From the NCBI GenBank assembly GCA_016839945.1, contig JAEOTE010000008.1, positions 1 through 11,547 on the forward strand: a DNA stretch of 11,547 nucleotides, read 5' to 3'. A model generated the notes under the pieces. The model ran no database searches, was not told where the DNA came from, and was given only the letters and a program-made list of their open reading frames with translations. How positions within the stretch are numbered: the first letter of the stretch is position 1; the number at the start of each line of letters is the position of its first letter. The position numbers and the translations under genes were made by a program. The DNA is from Candidatus Heimdallarchaeota archaeon (GTDB taxonomy: Archaea > Asgardarchaeota > Heimdallarchaeia > Heimdallarchaeales > Heimdallarchaeaceae). Below are positions 8,127 through 11,547 of this stretch, piece by piece.

Positions 8127-8144
8127 TGTACAAACGTTTGAACA
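8127..8144. promoter_or_regulatory. Near-perfect 18-bp palindrome, candidate operator
   Basis: TGTACAAACGTTTGAACA with perfect core CAAACGTTTG (8131-8140), located upstream of the BRE/TATA at 8089-8107. Confidence 0.4.
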
Positions 8145-8157
8145 TACCTGCAAACCA

Positions 8158-8706
8158 CTAGATTTTACTATGGTCAATTTCTTCTACTTCATCAGTTTGA
8201 CTAACAGCTTGAATTCTCTTAACACCTTGAAATTTAGCAATAAGCTCAACAACTTCCTCAGGTATATTATCTTCCCATTTTTTTCCTTTAATCATCATTT
8301 CTCTTATCTTTTTACCACTATATTCTGAACGATTGGTTAGCGGAATCTCCCTTACTTCTTTACTCCCAAGCTTAGAAAATAGTTGTTGAACAAGTGGATT
8401 ATTGGTAAATACAACTTCAAAAGATGGTACGAGATCAATAACATTGGCTGGCCAGATAGTGTTTCTATTTATGTCCGGAATAGCAGAAATGAAGATTTTT
8501 TTCAAATCAAAATTCTTCCTGACAAGTGCAGTTAGCATCTCTAGTCTCTCTCCACCTGTAAAAGGATTTTTTGTGGAAAAACCTTTCTCTCCACTGCCAA
8601 TAAGAATTATCAATTCATCAATATCTGGTTGATTGAAAATATACTCAATCGCATAAATATGTCCCTTATGGGGGGGATTAAATCGACCTAAATATAGTGC
8701 TCTCAT
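8158..8706 (-). CDS. nadM: Nicotinamide-nucleotide adenylyltransferase (archaeal NMNAT)
   Basis: MRALYLGRFNPPHKGH (GRF..H.GH), IGS, NPFTGGER..ML, TNNPLV..LF and R..YSG..IR..M..G..W...P are archaeal NadM signatures; 182 aa. Confidence 0.93.
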   Translation of the reverse strand: MRALYLGRFNPPHKGHIYAIEYIFNQPDIDELIILIGSGEKGFSTKNPFTGGERLEMLTALVRKNFDLKKIFISAIPDINRNTIWPANVIDLVPSFEVVFTNNPLVQQLFSKLGSKEVREIPLTNRSEYSGKKIREMMIKGKKWEDNIPEEVVELIAKFQGVKRIQAVSQTDEVEEIDHSKI

Positions 8707-8728
8707 CTTATATTTATGTTAACAGACT

Positions 8729-8745
8729 AAAAATAAATGTTTTTG
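8729..8745 (-). promoter_or_regulatory. BRE/TATA promoter of nadM
   Basis: Minus strand CAAAAACATTTATTTTT about 23 nt upstream of ATG 8706. Confidence 0.55.
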
Positions 8746-8760
8746 CCAAGAACACTAAAA

Positions 8761-9570
8761 CTACTCATCAATAAAATATTGTTTATCTTTATTGGCTACA
8801 AGACCTTCCTTAATCATTTTTTGGAGAATCTCATTTAATTTTTTTTCGTGAACACCCAGCTCTTCTTGTAATTTTTCTAAAGTAATTTTTTTCTTATCTA
8901 TTAGAATTTTCAATATTCTACCTCTATGTTGTCTATCAGATCCTGTAAACCTTCCTTGCTTAGAGAGAGGTTTAATGCCTGTTTTACTAGCAGTCAGTTT
9001 CATTGCTCCATAATCCATCAACGCGTTAGTCCAATCTCTTGCTTTACCTTTTGGAACTAATTTCTCTGCAATTTCAAATAGCTCCCTTTCACTTGTTTCT
9101 TCTGATGCAAAACCTTCTGCGATTAAAATTCTACGAATGTTTGTATCAACTGTAGCTAAATTAGCATTAAAAGCAAATATCAAAATTGATCTTGCAGTAT
9201 ATTTTCCAATTCCTTTTAATTCATGAAGTTCCTTAACTGATTGAGGGAAAGATTTCTTTTCTATTATATGTTTAGCAGCTTCCTGTAACCATAAAGCTCT
9301 TCGATTATAACCCAAACCAGACCATATTGATAACAATTCGGTTTTTTTTGCTTCAGCTAATGCTTCAAGAGTAGGATATTTCTTTATGAATTCCAAATAT
9401 TTCTCTTTGACTCTAGAAGCTTGTGTCTGCTGTAACATAATCTCAGAAACCATGATATAATAAGGGTTGGTAGTCTCTCTCCATGGAAATTCTCTACTGT
9501 TTGTTGACCACCAATCAAACACTTCATCTTGAAAATCATTGATTTTTCTCTGAGCTATTGTTTTATTCAT
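8761..9570 (-). CDS. mutY: A/G-specific adenine glycosylase-like (MutY-like) HhH-GPD protein, no Fe-S motif, C-terminal winged helix
   Basis: R.FPWR, PY..MVSEIMLQQT (catalytic Glu), WSGLGYNRRA, HhH LKGIGKYTA, VDTNIRR (catalytic Asp) and ALMDYGA. No cysteines in the protein. Confidence 0.85.
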   Translation of the reverse strand: MNKTIAQRKINDFQDEVFDWWSTNSREFPWRETTNPYYIMVSEIMLQQTQASRVKEKYLEFIKKYPTLEALAEAKKTELLSIWSGLGYNRRALWLQEAAKHIIEKKSFPQSVKELHELKGIGKYTARSILIFAFNANLATVDTNIRRILIAEGFASEETSERELFEIAEKLVPKGKARDWTNALMDYGAMKLTASKTGIKPLSKQGRFTGSDRQHRGRILKILIDKKKITLEKLQEELGVHEKKLNEILQKMIKEGLVANKDKQYFIDE

Positions 9571-9652
9571 TGGGCAAACATGATATTATTTCTCAATTAA
9601 AAAACACTTTGAATTCCCAAATTTTTAAAAACAACCAAAGTAAAACTTCTTT

Positions 9653-10378
9653 GTGTTTCAGAAGAACAGAGAAAAAATACTAAAAATCTGTACTATATCC
9701 GCTTTCATTGCAATAGCATTCTTCATTATTGGAACAACTATAGCTATGCTTGTTTATCCTGATTATTCCTTTCTTGAACAATTCTTCTCTGAACTAGGAG
9801 TCAGAGAATATATAACCTTTCCTGAGGGAGGATCTCTTGAAAGAGTTCAATATCCTGAGATTTTTAATATATCACTAATGCTTTCGGGAATTTTTCTATT
9901 GCCATTTTTCCCAGCTTTAATAATTGCTATTGAGCCTAAAGGAAAAATCAACAAGATATTAACTTCCTTGGCAGCTCTTAGTGGTTCAACTGGAAGTATG
10001 TTCTTAGTTTGTGTGGGTATTTTTGATGCTGGAAAATTTATTGATCCACATGTTGTGGCAGCACTAGGTTTGTACTATGCAATTGTTATAACTTGTTTAT
10101 TATGGGGAGTAAGTGTTCTTTTCCTCAATAAGGATTCTCCATACAAGAAATCAAAATTATGGTTTATAGATCCTTTTGCTAGTGCTGTTGGAATATTGAT
10201 AGGAATCATTAACACTGGATTTTTAGGAATACACGAATGGTTTGTTGGAATACTACCTATGGCATTCTATCAGAAATCCTTGGCATATGTTTTTATTTTG
10301 TTTTTTGGATATGTTGCAATAAGAGTAATGTTCATTCTAAACAGAGAAAAGAAGGTTGAGGATACAGCTCAGAATTAA
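9653..10378 (+). CDS. DUF998-like (Frag1/DRAM/Sfk1 clan) multi-pass membrane protein
   Basis: About six hydrophobic helices; YP.YSFLEQFFSELG after TM1 and VGIF......PH are typical of DUF998. GTG start with TTTTTAAAAA at 9622-9631 upstream. Confidence 0.7.
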   Translation: MFQKNREKILKICTISAFIAIAFFIIGTTIAMLVYPDYSFLEQFFSELGVREYITFPEGGSLERVQYPEIFNISLMLSGIFLLPFFPALIIAIEPKGKINKILTSLAALSGSTGSMFLVCVGIFDAGKFIDPHVVAALGLYYAIVITCLLWGVSVLFLNKDSPYKKSKLWFIDPFASAVGILIGIINTGFLGIHEWFVGILPMAFYQKSLAYVFILFFGYVAIRVMFILNREKKVEDTAQN

Positions 10379-10386
10379 ATATTCGG

Positions 10387-10394
10387 TTTTTTTT
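10387..10394 (+). terminator. T8 tract terminator after the DUF998-like gene
   Basis: TTTTTTTT 8 nt after the TAA ending at 10378. Confidence 0.55.
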
Positions 10395-10437
10395 GTATAC
10401 TAGATTTATAAATGATGAAAGACATAGATTCACTAGT

Positions 10438-11547
10438 ATGAAAAGCAAAATAAAATTAATCGCTTTGGTAATTTCTACCTTGTTTTTCTTTTCTACGTTA
10501 TATGGAATGAGTGAAAATAACATTAATCGCGACTTTACAAAAAGTAATTTTACAGGCTACTCTGATATTGGGTGGCATCTAGACCAAATTAACATTACTG
10601 GCGCATGGGATTATTCCGCTGGTTCTCCAGAAATCATTATTGCTGTAATAGATTCAGGGATAGATTTTAATCACACCGAAGTACTCAATGAATGGATAAA
10701 CGTTGATGAATTCCCTGCTGATGGTATTGATGACGATTTAAACGGTTACATAGATGATGTTCGTGGTTGGGACTTTGTGAACAATGATAGCGAACCTCGT
10801 CATACAGTAGCTGATCCTGTTCACTGGCATGCAACTTTTATTACAGGTATTATCACTGCACCCTTGGATGATTATGGTGTTGTAGGAGTTGCACCTAATG
10901 TTACAGTAATGAACATACGTGTTTTGGATTCCGGCAATATGCAAGGAACTACTGACGGAGAACTTGGAGATGCAATAAGATATGCTGTTGATAATGGTGC
11001 TGATGTCATCAATCTAAGTCTCCAGTATTATACTGCTAACATATCCTATCTCGATGATATACAATATGCACTATCAAAAAATGTTTCAGTTGTTTCTGTA
11101 ACAGGAAATACTTGGGCATTTCAAGGTGGTGGACAAGAAATCCCTTCTTACCCAGGGGCTTATGATGAAGTAATTGCAGTGGGGGCTACAGATTACTATT
11201 ATAATAAAGCTGATTATAGTAATTATGGGCTTCCATGGACAGAACTAATGGCTCCAGTTGGTGATGAGGAATATGATGTGGTAGAACATGTTATAAACAG
11301 TACTTTTCCACCCCCTTCTATACCTTATGGAATCGCATATGGAACTTCTTTTGCAGCACCTCAAGTTGCAGCGGTAATCGCATTAATGAAATCAGTTAAT
11401 TACACTATTCCTGTTGCTGAAATAAGATCAATTCTCCAAACTACAGCAATAGATCTTGGAACTCCAGGACTTGATCCCTTCTTTGGACATGGATTAATAA
11501 ATGCTACAGCTGCAGTTCTAGAAGTATATAATAGATACAATGTTCCA
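10438..11547 (+). CDS. S8 family (subtilisin-like) serine peptidase, exported; 3' end truncated by window edge
   Basis: Not in the ORF track. 370 open codons from ATG 10438: signal/anchor MKSKIKLIALVISTLFFFSTLYG, catalytic Asp IAVIDSGID, DGIDDDLNGYIDDVRGWDF insert, His in HWHATFITGII, oxyanion Asn in VTGN, Ser in GTSFAAPQV, and FGHGLINA. TTTATAAA at 10405-10412. Confidence 0.95.
   Translation, partial: MKSKIKLIALVISTLFFFSTLYGMSENNINRDFTKSNFTGYSDIGWHLDQINITGAWDYSAGSPEIIIAVIDSGIDFNHTEVLNEWINVDEFPADGIDDDLNGYIDDVRGWDFVNNDSEPRHTVADPVHWHATFITGIITAPLDDYGVVGVAPNVTVMNIRVLDSGNMQGTTDGELGDAIRYAVDNGADVINLSLQYYTANISYLDDIQYALSKNVSVVSVTGNTWAFQGGGQEIPSYPGAYDEVIAVGATDYYYNKADYSNYGLPWTELMAPVGDEEYDVVEHVINSTFPPPSIPYGIAYGTSFAAPQVAAVIALMKSVNYTIPVAEIRSILQTTAIDLGTPGLDPFFGHGLINATAAVLEVYNRYNVP

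Noticed and set aside
1013-8632. Short ORFs 1013..1198, 2693..2926, 3897..4130, 5161..5349, 5736..5978, 7877..8095 and 8402..8632
   Set aside because: All lie antisense to well-supported genes, with composition typical of shadow frames.
6381-9570. Stand-alone Nudix acting as the split-off C-terminal domain of the truncated MutY
   Set aside because: The Nudix has an essentially intact catalytic box and NudB-type WQ.VTG, and lies on the other strand three genes away.
1-10378. GPI-anchor pathway signal (PIG-L plus Frag1/PGAP2-clan protein)
   Set aside because: Both families are widespread in prokaryotes, the deacetylase is a soluble LmbE type with no TM anchor, and the genes are 9 kb apart.
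10412-10418. ATGATGA resembling a box C of a C/D sRNA
   Set aside because: No box D at suitable distance; it lies between the TATA box and start codon of the protease.
10332-10944. ORFs 10332..10523 and 10738..10944 (-)
   Set aside because: Antisense to the DUF998-like gene end and the S8 protease.
1-11547. CRISPR arrays, tRNA/rRNA, IS elements, recoding or frameshift signals
   Set aside because: No regularly spaced repeats, GC-rich structured RNA, transposase motifs or interrupted reading frames seen; intergenic gaps are all under about 175 bp.

Overview
AT-rich window that looks like archaeal chromosomal DNA. The evidence is BRE/TATA-like boxes about 21-28 nt upstream of most start codons, oligo-T terminators, an archaeal-type NadM and many N-glycosylation sequons on the exported proteins. 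An Asgard/Heimdallarchaeia-like origin is plausible but is inference only. It carries 13 protein genes, two of them missed by the ORF track because they run off the edges: a PIG-L/LmbE deacetylase (<1..566, -) and a subtilisin-family S8 protease (10438..>11547, +). Between them lie an M32 carboxypeptidase, a ferredoxin-nitroreductase, a PNPOx-like flavoprotein, a VOC protein, a DUF1028 Ntn-hydrolase, a KNTase/ANT(4')-like nucleotidyltransferase, a NudB-like Nudix hydrolase, a two-gene membrane operon, nadM, a MutY-like glycosylase and a DUF998-like membrane protein. The best candidate for an undescribed system is the two-gene operon at 6850..8046. It pairs a single-pass protein with a likely glycosylated extracellular domain and a LexA-like winged-helix protein anchored by two TM helices, with palindromic sites in its promoter. 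Also notable are an internal duplication of the helical domain in the KNTase-like protein, a cysteine-free MutY with a wHTH tail, and a subtilase with no recognisable propeptide and altered active-site motifs. No RNA genes, CRISPR arrays or mobile elements were seen.
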